Assembly (NCBI GenBank): GCA_034429295.1
Contig: DAOUGF010000174.1
Coordinates: forward strand, 1 to 36,358
Length of the DNA: 36,358 nucleotides
Source: Chloroflexaceae bacterium
Lineage (GTDB): Bacteria; Chloroflexota; Chloroflexia; Chloroflexales; Chloroflexaceae
Direction: 5' to 3'
The notes under the pieces are model-generated. The model saw only the letters and a list, made by a program, of their open reading frames with translations. It was not told where the DNA came from and did not search any database. Below are positions 1-9,330 of this stretch, piece by piece. How positions within the stretch are numbered: position 1 is the first letter of the stretch; each line of letters starts with the position of its first letter. Both the position numbers and the translations under genes were made by a program.

Positions 1-1005
1 GCGCTTCTTCCCGCCGGGGCCAGCGACCCACTTCTTCTTGCCTGCGGCCTGGGTGCGGCTCATCACCCGCCCGGCCCCGTGGGGGGCGCTGTGGAGCGCC
101 TCGTGGGCTTGGGGTGTGTCGAGGCCACGCACGATCGCGCTCACCCCGCCCATCGAACCGCCGATGGCCCCGCGCTGGCCAGGGGCGAGCGGCGTGGCGC
201 CCTTGCGCACGACGATCAGAGTCTCGCCGTCGTGCTCCTCGACGAAGCAGAAGTTGTGATGGATATGCACGTCATCGATCGCCTCGGCCCCGAGCAGCTC
301 GAGCACCTGGCCGACGACGGCGTCACGCCCCGCATAGGCATATTCGCCCGCGAGGTTGTGGGCCGCCTGGTAGTACTGCCCAAGCTCCGTGTCGAGACCG
401 ATCACCGTGGGCGGATGGTCCATCGACTCGCCGGGGGCGCGGTCGTCGAAGCGCCGGCCGGCGGCAAGGTTGAGGAAGCCGCTGGCGATCGCGTGGCCGA
501 GGCCGCGGCTGCCGAAGTGGGCCATCACCCAGAGGCGGCCCTGCTCGTCGGCGAGGAGATCCACAAAGTGGTTGCCGGCACCGACGGTGCCGAGTTGGGC
601 GGCAGCCTTCGCCTTGAGCGGGGCGAGCTCGCGCTCGCGCCAGAGCGGGTCGTCGAAGAGCGGGTGATCGATCGGCGTGGGATTGGTGCGGCCCATGCCG
701 AAGGCGATCGTGGCGGCCATCGCATCGGCGATCTTCTCCCGAGCCTTGCGGTTCGGCATCACCTCGGCGGCCAGCAGGTTAGTGCAGACCGCCTTGATCC
801 CGCAGGCGATATCGTAGCCGGCGCCCGATGGGCTCACCGCGTTGCGGTATGCAGCCACCCCGCCGATCGGCATCGAGTAGCCGACATGGGCGTCGGCCAT
901 GAGGGCGGCGCGCACAACCCGCGGGTCGGCTGACACCATCTTGAGTTGGGCGACGGTGCGCTCGTCGGGCTCGCCGAAGATGAGCGGTTCGGGTTTCTGT
1001 GCCAT
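1..1005 (-). CDS. rtcB: RNA ligase RtcB, N-terminal 335 codons (C-terminus lies beyond the window edge)
   Basis: Absent from the ORF track because it is open at the window edge. Reverse-strand translation from ATG 1005..1003 reads MAQKPEPLIFGEPDE... It contains RtcB hallmarks that I translated directly: MADAHVGYSMPIGG, GTVGAGNHFVDL, HFGSRGLGH, HIHHNF, GGSMGG and SAPHGAGRVM. The + ORF 79..933 is its antisense shadow. Confidence 0.85.
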   Translation of the reverse strand, partial: MAQKPEPLIFGEPDERTVAQLKMVSADPRVVRAALMADAHVGYSMPIGGVAAYRNAVSPSGAGYDIACGIKAVCTNLLAAEVMPNRKAREKIADAMAATIAFGMGRTNPTPIDHPLFDDPLWRERELAPLKAKAAAQLGTVGAGNHFVDLLADEQGRLWVMAHFGSRGLGHAIASGFLNLAAGRRFDDRAPGESMDHPPTVIGLDTELGQYYQAAHNLAGEYAYAGRDAVVGQVLELLGAEAIDDVHIHHNFCFVEEHDGETLIVVRKGATPLAPGQRGAIGGSMGGVSAIVRGLDTPQAHEALHSAPHGAGRVMSRTQAAGKKKWVAGPGGKKR

Positions 1006-1018
1006 AGCTGCGTCTTGC

Positions 1019-2413
1019 CTACGCCGCCGGGCGCGCGGGCTCGGCCGGCAAGGCACCTGTAGTCTCTAGAGGAGGCGGCGCGCTGCCCGCGAGCAGGCGC
1101 AGGCCCCAGGAGAGCTGAGCGTCGCTACAGCTGGTCTGGCCCTCGGGCGGCCGGCGCTCGGCCACGCAGGGCACGACGAACTGCGGGTCCTCCGAGGCCA
1201 GCACCTGGTACTCGGGCGTGATGCCAACGCGGTGGATCTCCTCGCGATTGGGGGTGATCCAGCGGGCAATAGTGATGCGCGCGCTGCTGCCATCGCGGAG
1301 CTGATGGATATTCTGCACCGAGCCTTTGCCGAAGCTCGTCTCGCCGAGCAGCATGGTGTTGGGGCGCTCGTCTCGCAGGGCGCCAGCGACGATCTCGGCG
1401 GCGCTGGCGGAGCCGCCGTTGATCAGCACGACCATGGGCAGATCGAAGAGACGGACGTCCGCCGGGCCAACGATGGTGCGCAGCTCCTTGACCACGCCGC
1501 CGTTCTGCTGCTCGTAGAGGGCCACGCCGTCGTAGAAGCGGCCGAGCACCTCCTGGGCGATCGTCAGGTAGCCGCCAGGGTTGTTGCGCAGATCGAGCAC
1601 GATGCTGGCAGGGTTCTGCGGCACAAGCTCCCGCAGCGCCTCGTCGAGAAGCTGGGTGGTGGTGGCCTTAAACTCGGTGATCTGGATGTAGGCCACGCCG
1701 CCGTCGAGCAGCTCGGCGTTGACCGTGATGAGCGGCACCTCGTCGCGGGTGATCGCGACCTCGAACTCCTCCGTGGAGGGCGGGCGGCGCAGCGTGAGCG
1801 TAACGACAGAGCCTTTGGGGCCGCGGATCAAGGAGGCGGCCTTCGCGGTGGCCTGGCTGGCATCCATGCCCTGGATCAAGGGAGCGAGCTGCACGCCGTC
1901 TACAGCCACAATCACATCGCCGGCGAGGAGGCCGGCCTGAGCAGCGGGCGACTTGCGGATCGGCTTGTCGATCGCCACCTCGCCGTTCTCAAAGCGCAGA
2001 TAGGCGCCGATGCCCTCGAACTTGCCTTCCATCGACTCGCGGCTCTGGGCCGCGATCTCGGGCTCCTGGAAGGCTGTGTACTCGTCGTCGAGGGAGGCAA
2101 GCATGCCGTGGATGGCGCCGTAGACCAACTCCTGCTCCACGAGGGGCTCCTCGCGATAGAACTCGGCCTCGACAAGATCCCAGACCTGCCAGAAGACGGC
2201 GAACTCCTCACGAACATCCGCCGGCGTCCCCTCACGCATGCCCTGGTTGCCGATGCCGGCGAGGAAGGCGTCGAGCGGTGTCGTGCCGACGGTGCGGGCC
2301 GTAACCCATCCAGCGAAGAAGGCGACGGCGCCCACAAGCAGCGCGACGGTTGCCCCAGCGATGACGGCGCGGGAGGTGCGGACCATGGCGAACCTCGGGG
2401 AGGAATTGAGCAT
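1019..2413 (-). CDS. S41 family C-terminal processing peptidase (PDZ plus peptidase domain) with an N-terminal membrane anchor
   Basis: ORF 1019..2545. PDZ-like segment AGLLAGDVIVAVDG. S41 segments DLRNNPGGYL, LINGGSASAAEIVAGAL and GETSFGKGSVQ. The start is trimmed to ATG 2413 (MLNSSPRF...) because upstream rsmE ends at 2442. ATG 2386 (MVRTSRAV...) is an equally plausible start. Confidence 0.88.
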   Translation of the reverse strand: MLNSSPRFAMVRTSRAVIAGATVALLVGAVAFFAGWVTARTVGTTPLDAFLAGIGNQGMREGTPADVREEFAVFWQVWDLVEAEFYREEPLVEQELVYGAIHGMLASLDDEYTAFQEPEIAAQSRESMEGKFEGIGAYLRFENGEVAIDKPIRKSPAAQAGLLAGDVIVAVDGVQLAPLIQGMDASQATAKAASLIRGPKGSVVTLTLRRPPSTEEFEVAITRDEVPLITVNAELLDGGVAYIQITEFKATTTQLLDEALRELVPQNPASIVLDLRNNPGGYLTIAQEVLGRFYDGVALYEQQNGGVVKELRTIVGPADVRLFDLPMVVLINGGSASAAEIVAGALRDERPNTMLLGETSFGKGSVQNIHQLRDGSSARITIARWITPNREEIHRVGITPEYQVLASEDPQFVVPCVAERRPPEGQTSCSDAQLSWGLRLLAGSAPPPLETTGALPAEPARPAA

Positions 2414-2441
2414 TGAGCATTCAGAACGGCGCACCGTGCTG

Positions 2442-3191
2442 CTAGCTCGCGTCTTCCAGCTCGTACATGAGGGCGGCGAGCGCCGCGATCGGCGCGGTCT
2501 CGGCGCGCAGAATCCGCGGGCCAAGGGATACCGGCATGATACCATGCTGCCCCGCGGCTGTCAGTTCCTCGCGGGTGATGCCGCCCACCGGGCCGCTGAG
2601 GATGGCGACCGACGCGGGGCGCGGGCCAGCCCGCAGCGCGCTGCGGAGCGGAGGCGCCTCCTGCTCCCAGAGGATGAGGGCGAGCTCCAGCCGGGCGGCC
2701 TCGGCGCAGGCGTCCGCGAAGGGAAGCGGCTCGGCCACCTCGGGGAGCAGGCCGCGGCATGCCTGCTCGGCGGCCTCGCGGGCGATGCGGCGCCAGCGCT
2801 CGAGCCTGCGGCCATCGGCGCGATCGGCTGGCAGCGAGCGGGCGAACTGCACGGGCACGATGCGCCGCGCCCCGAGTTCGACGCACTTCTGGAGCGCCCA
2901 CTCGAAGCGCTCAGCGCGCATCAGCGCCAGGTAGATGCTCACGGCCACGAGCGGCTCGCCGCCGGCCGGCTCGCGCCGCAGCACGCGCCCGGCGACCGTG
3001 TCGCGGCCGAGCGCCGTGAGCTCCACCAGGCAGGCCTGCCCCGCGCCGTCGAGCAGGAGCACCTCGTCGCCGGGGCCGAGGCGCAACACCCGCGCCAGCT
3101 GATGGGCCAGCCCTTGGTCGGCGATCCGCACCGCGTCGGCCTGGAGGGCAGTTGGCGGCACGAAGAAGCGGCGAGTGTTGGGCAGTTCCAT
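2442..3191 (-). CDS. rsmE: 16S rRNA (uracil1498-N3)-methyltransferase RsmE
   Basis: 249-aa ORF. The N-terminal PUA-like part reads RRFFVP...HQLARVLRLGPGDEV. The C-terminal SPOUT part reads ILSGPVGGITREE...SLGPRILRAETA. Its start abuts the stop of the upstream gene (3191/3192). Confidence 0.9.
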   Translation of the reverse strand: MELPNTRRFFVPPTALQADAVRIADQGLAHQLARVLRLGPGDEVLLLDGAGQACLVELTALGRDTVAGRVLRREPAGGEPLVAVSIYLALMRAERFEWALQKCVELGARRIVPVQFARSLPADRADGRRLERWRRIAREAAEQACRGLLPEVAEPLPFADACAEAARLELALILWEQEAPPLRSALRAGPRPASVAILSGPVGGITREELTAAGQHGIMPVSLGPRILRAETAPIAALAALMYELEDAS

Positions 3192-4247
3192 TTAGCCGCG
3201 CACCACCTCGGCGACGCGGGCCTCAGAGTGTCCGGCGGCGCGGGCCTCTGCGGCGAGGGCGGCGAGGTCGGGCACGTAGACTCGTAGCGCAGTCGCGCGG
3301 CCACCGGCGGGGGCAAGCGACCAGCGGCCAAGGGCGGCCGGCAGCACCGCGGAGACGCCGCGGGCCAAGGCGAGGCTGCCGCCATCCCAGCTCAACTCGG
3401 CGGCGCCGTCGATCGGGGTGACGATCTCGAAGCTGCCGGGATCGGTGGCGCTGGCGAAGGCCCCATCCAGTGACAGGCGCTCCAGGGCAAAGTAGGGGCA
3501 GGCGATCAGCAGGTCGCGGCCGGGGGCGAGGGCGAGGGGCGTCACTTTGCCATGGGGCGCGGGAGCGAATTGGCTCACATCGAGCGAGCGCTCCAGGTGC
3601 AGCTCGCGGGGCTTGCCCGTCTTCGCGTCGAGACGGCCATAGTCGTAGACACGGTAGGTGAGGTCGGACTTCTGCTGGATCTCGAAGAGCACGATCCCGG
3701 CGTTGATGGCGTGGAGCGTGCCTGCGGGCACGAAGACCACGTCGCCGGCAGCCACGGGCAGCTGGCCCATCAGCTCCTCGACGCTGCCCGCCTGCACAGC
3801 GGCGGCGAACTCGTCGCGGCTGCTCTGCCGGTTCAGACCATAGGTGACAGTGGCGCCCGGCTCGGCGTGGAGGATGTACCACGCCTCGGTCTTGCCGTGG
3901 AAGCCAGTGTGGGCCTCGCGGGTGTGGGCGTATTCGTCGTCCGGGTGAACCTGGATGGAGAGGCGGTCGTTGGCGTCGAGGAACTTGGCGAGCAGCGGGA
4001 AGTCGGCGCCGTAGCGGGCCATGGTGCGGCTGCCGACGATCGCCTCGCCCTGCTTGCGGACGAGCTCGGCGAGCGTGCCGCCCGCGCCGGGGCCGAAGGT
4101 GATCGTGTTCGCGTCGTAGACCTGCCAGGTCTCGCCGAGGCGCTGCGGGCGTGGCTCAGGAAGCTCGAGCCAGGCCGCCAGCCGCGTACCGCCCCAGATG
4201 GGCTCGACGATCTTGCGTTCAGTGAGAATCGGGGAGAGCTTGCTCAT
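3192..4247 (-). CDS. manA: Type I phosphomannose isomerase (mannose-6-phosphate isomerase)
   Basis: ORF 3192..4442 trimmed to ATG 4247 (MSKLSPILTERK...), which is preceded by GGAAGGTG. Motifs: IWGG, LSIQVHPDD, GKTEAWYIL and VPAGTLHAI. Confidence 0.82.
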   Translation of the reverse strand: MSKLSPILTERKIVEPIWGGTRLAAWLELPEPRPQRLGETWQVYDANTITFGPGAGGTLAELVRKQGEAIVGSRTMARYGADFPLLAKFLDANDRLSIQVHPDDEYAHTREAHTGFHGKTEAWYILHAEPGATVTYGLNRQSSRDEFAAAVQAGSVEELMGQLPVAAGDVVFVPAGTLHAINAGIVLFEIQQKSDLTYRVYDYGRLDAKTGKPRELHLERSLDVSQFAPAPHGKVTPLALAPGRDLLIACPYFALERLSLDGAFASATDPGSFEIVTPIDGAAELSWDGGSLALARGVSAVLPAALGRWSLAPAGGRATALRVYVPDLAALAAEARAAGHSEARVAEVVRG

Positions 4248-4366
4248 AACACCTTCCAAATCGTTGTGCGCGGGCGACCGACGCCGCGATTGTACCGCGC
4301 CACGATGAAGGGGAGATGAACGCTGGATCGCGAAAGCTCCGAAAGTAGGCGTCACGAAGTGGCGCG

Positions 4367-5770
4367 CTACCGCCGCGGCGCGATCACCTTTACGCCTGCA
4401 GGGGGCGTGACGCCCGGCCCGTAGACGAAGAAGTCGTCCCAAGGCGTGTAACGGGTGAAGTAGCGGTCGGTGCGCGTCGTCCCATCGCTAAAGGTGGTGA
4501 TCCGGGTATAGGTGACGTCGACGCCCGGGCGGCCGTGGACGAGCTGGCTGACGGCACCGCGGGGTAGCGAGGGATCGTACTGCCAGACGGGCACGCCCGG
4601 CTGCTTCCAGTTCTTCTCGACGGGGCCGATATAGCGCACGCTGCGCCCGTCGTTGAAGCCGTAGAGTTGGAAGGTGACGCGGCCGCCGCGCACGTCGGTG
4701 ATGCCGACGATATAGACCGGGCCGGAGGTGTCGTTGCGCCAGCGGAAGTCAACGCTGGGGGTGAAGACGGTGGCGTCGAAGCCGAGGATGTTCTCGTAGA
4801 AGTAGACGATATGGCTGTGCCCGACGCGGCGGGTGATCTCCAAGCCAGCGTTCGAGACGGCGCGGAAGAGGGTGGTGGAGACCTGGCAGAGGCCGCCGCC
4901 AATCACGCGCTCGAGGCGCCCGCCGACGATAGCGTAGCCCTCAACAAAGCCGTTCGCCTCGGAGAAGTCGCCGCTGTTGATAAAGGAGTGCTCAGCGCCG
5001 GCAGGCACGACGATGCTGTCGATCAGCTCAGTGGCGCGCCTGATGTTGGTGACGCGCTCGTAGGAGGAACTGCTGAAGCCGGTGGTGGCCTGGCCGAGTA
5101 GCTCGATCGGGCGGGCGGGGGCCATGGCGGCGAGGGCCACCGGGTCCTGCTCGATGAGCGTGCGGCCCAAGGGGCTGAGCATCACCTCATTCGGGGTGCC
5201 GACGTGCTCAGGGTGATACTCGAAGCGAGCCCGCTCGAAGTACTGGACGAGTAGCTCGGTGCCGCTGGCCGGATCCCACTCGCGAAACTCCTCGGAGATC
5301 GGGTACCCGAAGACGGCGAGGCCGCCGCGAGTCTGCCAGAACCAGCCGAAGGCCCCGCCAATGGTGTGGCCGGACTCGGGGAAGAAGGTGCGGGCCGGGT
5401 CGGGCGAAGCGGCAAGCCACTGAAAGGCCGGGTCGGTACGGCCAGCACTAACGAGAGCGCCGATGCGGCTGAGGGACACACGCTGGCCCGCAGGCGCCGT
5501 GGGGTGATACTCGAAGCGAGCTCGCTCGAAGTACTGAACCTGCTGCCCGTCGGCGCCGACGATCAGCTCGGTGAGCGGCAGGCCGAAGATGGCGACACCG
5601 CCGTGAGCGTCGAAGAAGCGCTTGATCTCCATCCCGACGTTATGGCCGGTTTCGGGGAAGAAGGCGAAGTGTTCGCCTTGGGTGAGGGGAGCGGCGGCGG
5701 CGGGGCGGGGCACGGTGGCAAAGGGCAGCAGGAGCAGGAGCAGGGCAAATAGGAGCGGGGCTCGACGCAT
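4367..5770 (-). CDS. Secreted VanW domain protein with two N-terminal ~75-aa tandem repeats
   Basis: ORF 4367..5815 trimmed to ATG 5770 (MRRAPLLFALLLLLLPFATV..., signal peptide), which is preceded by GAGGTG. VanW-type segment GGGLCQVSTTLFRAVSNAGLEI. The repeat ending QYFERARFEYHP occurs twice. Confidence 0.8.
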   Translation of the reverse strand: MRRAPLLFALLLLLLPFATVPRPAAAAPLTQGEHFAFFPETGHNVGMEIKRFFDAHGGVAIFGLPLTELIVGADGQQVQYFERARFEYHPTAPAGQRVSLSRIGALVSAGRTDPAFQWLAASPDPARTFFPESGHTIGGAFGWFWQTRGGLAVFGYPISEEFREWDPASGTELLVQYFERARFEYHPEHVGTPNEVMLSPLGRTLIEQDPVALAAMAPARPIELLGQATTGFSSSSYERVTNIRRATELIDSIVVPAGAEHSFINSGDFSEANGFVEGYAIVGGRLERVIGGGLCQVSTTLFRAVSNAGLEITRRVGHSHIVYFYENILGFDATVFTPSVDFRWRNDTSGPVYIVGITDVRGGRVTFQLYGFNDGRSVRYIGPVEKNWKQPGVPVWQYDPSLPRGAVSQLVHGRPGVDVTYTRITTFSDGTTRTDRYFTRYTPWDDFFVYGPGVTPPAGVKVIAPRR

Positions 5771-5944
5771 GGGGCACCTCGTGGCAGCTTCCGTCGGGCA
5801 GGGCGACCGCGCCATTATAACATCTGAACTTGCCGATCTGCTATACTTGAGGCAGGATTGCGACAGCAGCAGGATGCGGCGGGCCGTGCGCTCAGACCGC
5901 GCCCGAGCTGAGGATCAGGGGGCTGCGAACTCACCGGCAAGGCC

Positions 5945-6847
5945 ATGGAACTGCGACATCTGCGTTACTTCGAGGCGGTGGCCCGTCACTCCCACGTGAC
6001 CAGGGCAGCCGCCGAACTTCATATCGCCCAACCCGCGCTGAGCAAGCAGATCAGCCAGCTGGAGCAGGAATTGGGCGTGGCCCTCTTCGATCGCGTGGGG
6101 CGCAACGTGCGCCTGACCGAGGCCGGCGAGGCGCTGCTGCCCCACGCCCGCGCCGTGATGGCCCAGGTTGAGGCGGGTCGGGCCGAGATGGCCGAGCGGA
6201 TCGGCCTGCGGAAAGGGCGGGCAACTGTGGGCACGCCACCGACCGTGGGCACGCAGCTGCTGCCGCCGGTGCTGGCTGCCTTCAACCGGCGCTACCCCGG
6301 CATCGAGCTGCGCCTCCACGAGGCCGGCGTGCAAACCCTGCTGGATCTGCTGGAGTCGGGGCTGACCGACATGGCCGTGGTGACGCTCCCGGTGGAGCAC
6401 GAGCAGCTCACGGTGGTGCCACTCTTCAGCGAGGAGTTGGTAGTTGTGGTCTGGCAGGGGCACCCGCTGGCGGAGCGGGGCGAGGTGGCGATCGGCGAGT
6501 TGCGAGGGGAACCCTGGGTGCTCTCGCCGGAGAACTATGAGCTCCGAGAGGCGACCCTGAGCGCCTGCGCCACGGCCGGCTTCACGCCGCGGGTGGCGCT
6601 CGACGGCGGCGAGACCGACGCAGTGGTGCGCTTCGTAGCCGCCGGCATCGGCATTGCCCTCGTGCCGCGGCTGGCAGTGCAGGGTGCGACGGGGGTGGCG
6701 CCGCTCCATGTCACCGATCAACAGCTCAGCCGCACCCTCGGCGTCGTCTGGCGCGGCGACCGGCCCGCATCGCCGGCGGCACGGGCGATGCGAGAGTTCC
6801 TGGTGGAGCAGTTGGGGGGTTTGGATCGCGAAATTCGCGAAGGGTAA
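5945..6847 (+). CDS. LysR family transcriptional regulator
   Basis: 300-aa ORF. N-terminal wHTH LRYFEAVARHSHVTRAAAELHIAQPALSKQISQLEQELGVALFDR, followed by a LysR substrate-binding region. It is divergent from the VanW gene. Confidence 0.9.
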   Translation: MELRHLRYFEAVARHSHVTRAAAELHIAQPALSKQISQLEQELGVALFDRVGRNVRLTEAGEALLPHARAVMAQVEAGRAEMAERIGLRKGRATVGTPPTVGTQLLPPVLAAFNRRYPGIELRLHEAGVQTLLDLLESGLTDMAVVTLPVEHEQLTVVPLFSEELVVVVWQGHPLAERGEVAIGELRGEPWVLSPENYELREATLSACATAGFTPRVALDGGETDAVVRFVAAGIGIALVPRLAVQGATGVAPLHVTDQQLSRTLGVVWRGDRPASPAARAMREFLVEQLGGLDREIREG

Positions 6848-6920
6848 CGAAAAACGCGAAACGAAAACGCGAAGACGCGAAAAGGAAGACGCGAAAGAAA
6901 GCGCGAAAGGGCGCGAAGAT
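6821..6920 (+). repeat. CGCGAA-rich repeat, copy L1 (8 CGCGAA motifs)
   Basis: CGCGAA starts at 6827, 6836, 6855, 6868, 6876, 6890, 6902 and 6912. The sequence begins TTGGATCGCGAAA, as does copy L2. It overlaps the last codons of the LysR CDS and ends at the pcrA stop. Confidence 0.75.
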
Positions 6921-6922
6921 AT

Positions 6923-9229
6923 CTACTCGCTAATCCGCTCCAGACGGGCGAAGCTGGCGAGTAGGCGGCGCTCGCGATCCGCGAAGCTCACCGTCACCTC
7001 CTCGTCGCCATCCACGAGCCGGCTGCTCATCACCACGCCCTCGCCAAATGTGCCGTGGCGCACCCGCTGCCCGGCGAAGAAACTCACCTCGGTGGGGCCG
7101 GCAGGTTTGCCCCGCTCCCGCCCTGAGCCACCGATCGGTCGCCCACCCCAGGACGCGCCGCCCGTGGATGGTGTGCGACTTGACGGCGCCGATCGGGGCT
7201 GGCTACGGCCGCCCCCGTAGCTACTACCGAAGCCCCGCCCGCCGAACATGCCCGTCTGAGGGGAGACCACGGCCGTGCCGCGCCGGAGAGGCTGCTTCAG
7301 CAGCTCGCGAGGGATGTCGGCGAGGAAGCGCGACGGCGTGCTGATGTTGGTGCGGCCGAAGCTGGTGCGCCTGAAGGCGTAGCAGAGGTAGAGCCGCTCC
7401 TTGGCCCGCGTCATGCCCACGTAGAGCAGGCGCCGCTCCTCCTCCAGCTTGTCGCGCTCGTCGGTGGAGCGGCTGTGGGGCAGGAGCCCCTCCTCCAGGC
7501 CGATCAGGAAGACCACGGGGTACTCCAACCCCTTCGCCTGGTGCAGGGTGATGCAGGTGACGGCGTCGGCCTCGGGATCGAGCTTATCCACGTCAGCCAC
7601 GAGGGCGACCTGCTCGAGGAAGGCGCTCAGCTGCTCCTCGACAGGGAAGTTGACGAAGTCGGCGGCGGCGTTGTAGAGCTCCTGGATGTTCGCCCACCGG
7701 TCGTCGGCCTCTTCAGGGCCGTACTCGCGCACAAGGGCTTCGCGCACGCCGACCCGCTCGAGGATCTTGTCGATCAGCTCGAGCAGCGGCAGCTCGCGGC
7801 GGGCCTTCATCAGCTCGGCGACCAGGCTCTGGAAGCCCAACAGCGCCGTGGTGGTGCGGCTGTTGAAGGGCGACTTCGTAGTGGACGCCTCGAGCTCCAT
7901 GAGCGCCTGGTAGACAGGCACGCCGAGCTCGGAGGCCCAACGGGTGAGCTCGGTCTCGGTGCGCTCGCCGATGCCACGGCCAGGCCAGTTCAGCACCCTG
8001 GTGAGGCTGACGCTATCGTAGGGGTTGTGAGCGAGGCGCAGGTAGGCGAGCACATCCTTCACTTCCTTGCGCTCGTAGAAGCGGATGCCGCCGATGATCT
8101 GGTAGCGCATCCCGCGACGCCGCAGCGCCTCCTCCAGCGCACGAGACTGAGCGTTGGTGCGATACATCACCGCGCAGTCCCGCAGGGCATAGTCGCCCGA
8201 GGCGACCAGGCGCATAATCTCATCCGCTACGAAGCCCGCCTCCTCGTCCTGGTCGTAGCCCTCGTGGAGGGAGACCTGCAGGCCCTCGCCGTTCTCCGTC
8301 CAGAGCCGCTTGACGTGCTTGCGCTTGTCGCCGGCGTTGATCACGGCTTGGGCCGTATCGAGGATCGCCTGCGTCGAGCGATAGTTCTGCTCGAGCAAGA
8401 TCACCTGAGCATCGGGGTAATCCTGCTCGAACTGGCGGATATTGCGGATGTCGGCGCCGCGCCAGCCGTACACGCTTTGATCATCGTCGCCCACAACAAA
8501 TAAGTTGCGTCGTTTTGCTGCGAGTTGCTTGACGAGAATATATTGGGCGCGATTCGTGTCCTGGTACTCGTCAACCAGTAGGTAGGCGTAGCGATCTTGA
8601 TACTTTTCGAGCACGCCAGGGTGCTGATCGAAGAGGCGCACCGTCTCAACCAGCAGGTCGTCGAAGTCCAGGGCGTTGCTCTCGCGGAGCAAGGCCTGGT
8701 AGCGCTCGTAGCAGCGGGAGACGATCTCGTCGAAGTAGGTGCGGTTGAGGCGAGCGTACTCGGCGGGGGAGACGAGCTCGTTCTTGGCGCTGGAGATGCG
8801 GGCGTGGATGGCGCGGGGCGGGTTCTGCTTCTCGTCGAGGCGCAGGTCGCGCAGGACGCGGCGCATAAGCCGCTCCTGGTCGTCGCTATCGTAGATCGCG
8901 AAGTCGCGCTCGCGACCGAGGTGATGGATGTCGCGGCGCAGGAAGCGTGAGCAGATGCTGTGGAAGGTGCCTACGGTGAGAGCTTGGGCGGCGCTGTGGC
9001 CGATCAGGGCCTCCAGGCGCTCCTTCATCTCGCGGGCGGCCTTGTTGGTGAAGGTGACGGCGAGGATGTTGTAAGGGTCGACGCCGACCGTCTTGATCAG
9101 GTAGGCGATGCGATGGGTGAGGACGCGGGTTTTACCGCTGCCGGGGCCGGCGAGCACGAGCACAGGGCCGGCGATGGCCTCGACGGCGCGGCGCTGTGAC
9201 GGGTTGAGGCCCTGTAAGAGATCGGTCAT
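6923..9229 (-). CDS. pcrA: ATP-dependent DNA helicase PcrA/UvrD (SF1), with a C-terminal Tudor-like tail
   Basis: ORF 6923..9280 trimmed to ATG 9229 (MTDLLQGLNPSQRRAVE...). Motifs: AGPGSGKT, DEYQDTN, VGDDDQSVYGWRGA, LEQNYRST, TLHQAKGLEYPVVF and YVGMTRAKERL. The C-terminus FFAGQRVRHGTFGEGVV resembles the PcrA/UvrD Tudor-like domain. Confidence 0.92.
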   Translation of the reverse strand: MTDLLQGLNPSQRRAVEAIAGPVLVLAGPGSGKTRVLTHRIAYLIKTVGVDPYNILAVTFTNKAAREMKERLEALIGHSAAQALTVGTFHSICSRFLRRDIHHLGRERDFAIYDSDDQERLMRRVLRDLRLDEKQNPPRAIHARISSAKNELVSPAEYARLNRTYFDEIVSRCYERYQALLRESNALDFDDLLVETVRLFDQHPGVLEKYQDRYAYLLVDEYQDTNRAQYILVKQLAAKRRNLFVVGDDDQSVYGWRGADIRNIRQFEQDYPDAQVILLEQNYRSTQAILDTAQAVINAGDKRKHVKRLWTENGEGLQVSLHEGYDQDEEAGFVADEIMRLVASGDYALRDCAVMYRTNAQSRALEEALRRRGMRYQIIGGIRFYERKEVKDVLAYLRLAHNPYDSVSLTRVLNWPGRGIGERTETELTRWASELGVPVYQALMELEASTTKSPFNSRTTTALLGFQSLVAELMKARRELPLLELIDKILERVGVREALVREYGPEEADDRWANIQELYNAAADFVNFPVEEQLSAFLEQVALVADVDKLDPEADAVTCITLHQAKGLEYPVVFLIGLEEGLLPHSRSTDERDKLEEERRLLYVGMTRAKERLYLCYAFRRTSFGRTNISTPSRFLADIPRELLKQPLRRGTAVVSPQTGMFGGRGFGSSYGGGRSQPRSAPSSRTPSTGGASWGGRPIGGSGRERGKPAGPTEVSFFAGQRVRHGTFGEGVVMSSRLVDGDEEVTVSFADRERRLLASFARLERISE

Positions 9230-9330
9230 GCTGCCCCCCAGACGCGAGCGCGGGCGAACCAGTGTTCGCCTCCGGGCCATGGTACAGGGGAGCGAGCGGA
9301 ACTGTCAAGGCGGGGGGGCGGGGCTTGCTT

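Noticed and set aside
79-933. 284-aa + ORF, plus the overlapping + ORFs 38..259, 114..473 and 389..667
   Set aside because: These are antisense or out-of-frame shadows of rtcB. The minus frame carries the unambiguous RtcB motifs. The + translations are Arg/Ala/Gly-rich low-complexity sequences with no family resemblance.
1232-3287. Long ORFs 1232..2416 (+, 394 aa), 1912..2901 (-, 329 aa) and 2238..3287 (+, 349 aa)
   Set aside because: They overlap the S41 peptidase and rsmE genes in antisense or alternative frames. Their translations are Arg/Pro/Gly-rich, as is typical of non-coding frames in high-GC DNA. The real genes account for the region.
5915-6721. 268-aa minus ORF opposite the LysR gene
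   Set aside because: It is the antisense shadow of a clearly recognisable LysR regulator and has no motifs of its own.
7475-8503. 342-aa + ORF inside pcrA
   Set aside because: It is antisense to the helicase gene, whose SF1 motifs are unambiguous on the minus strand.
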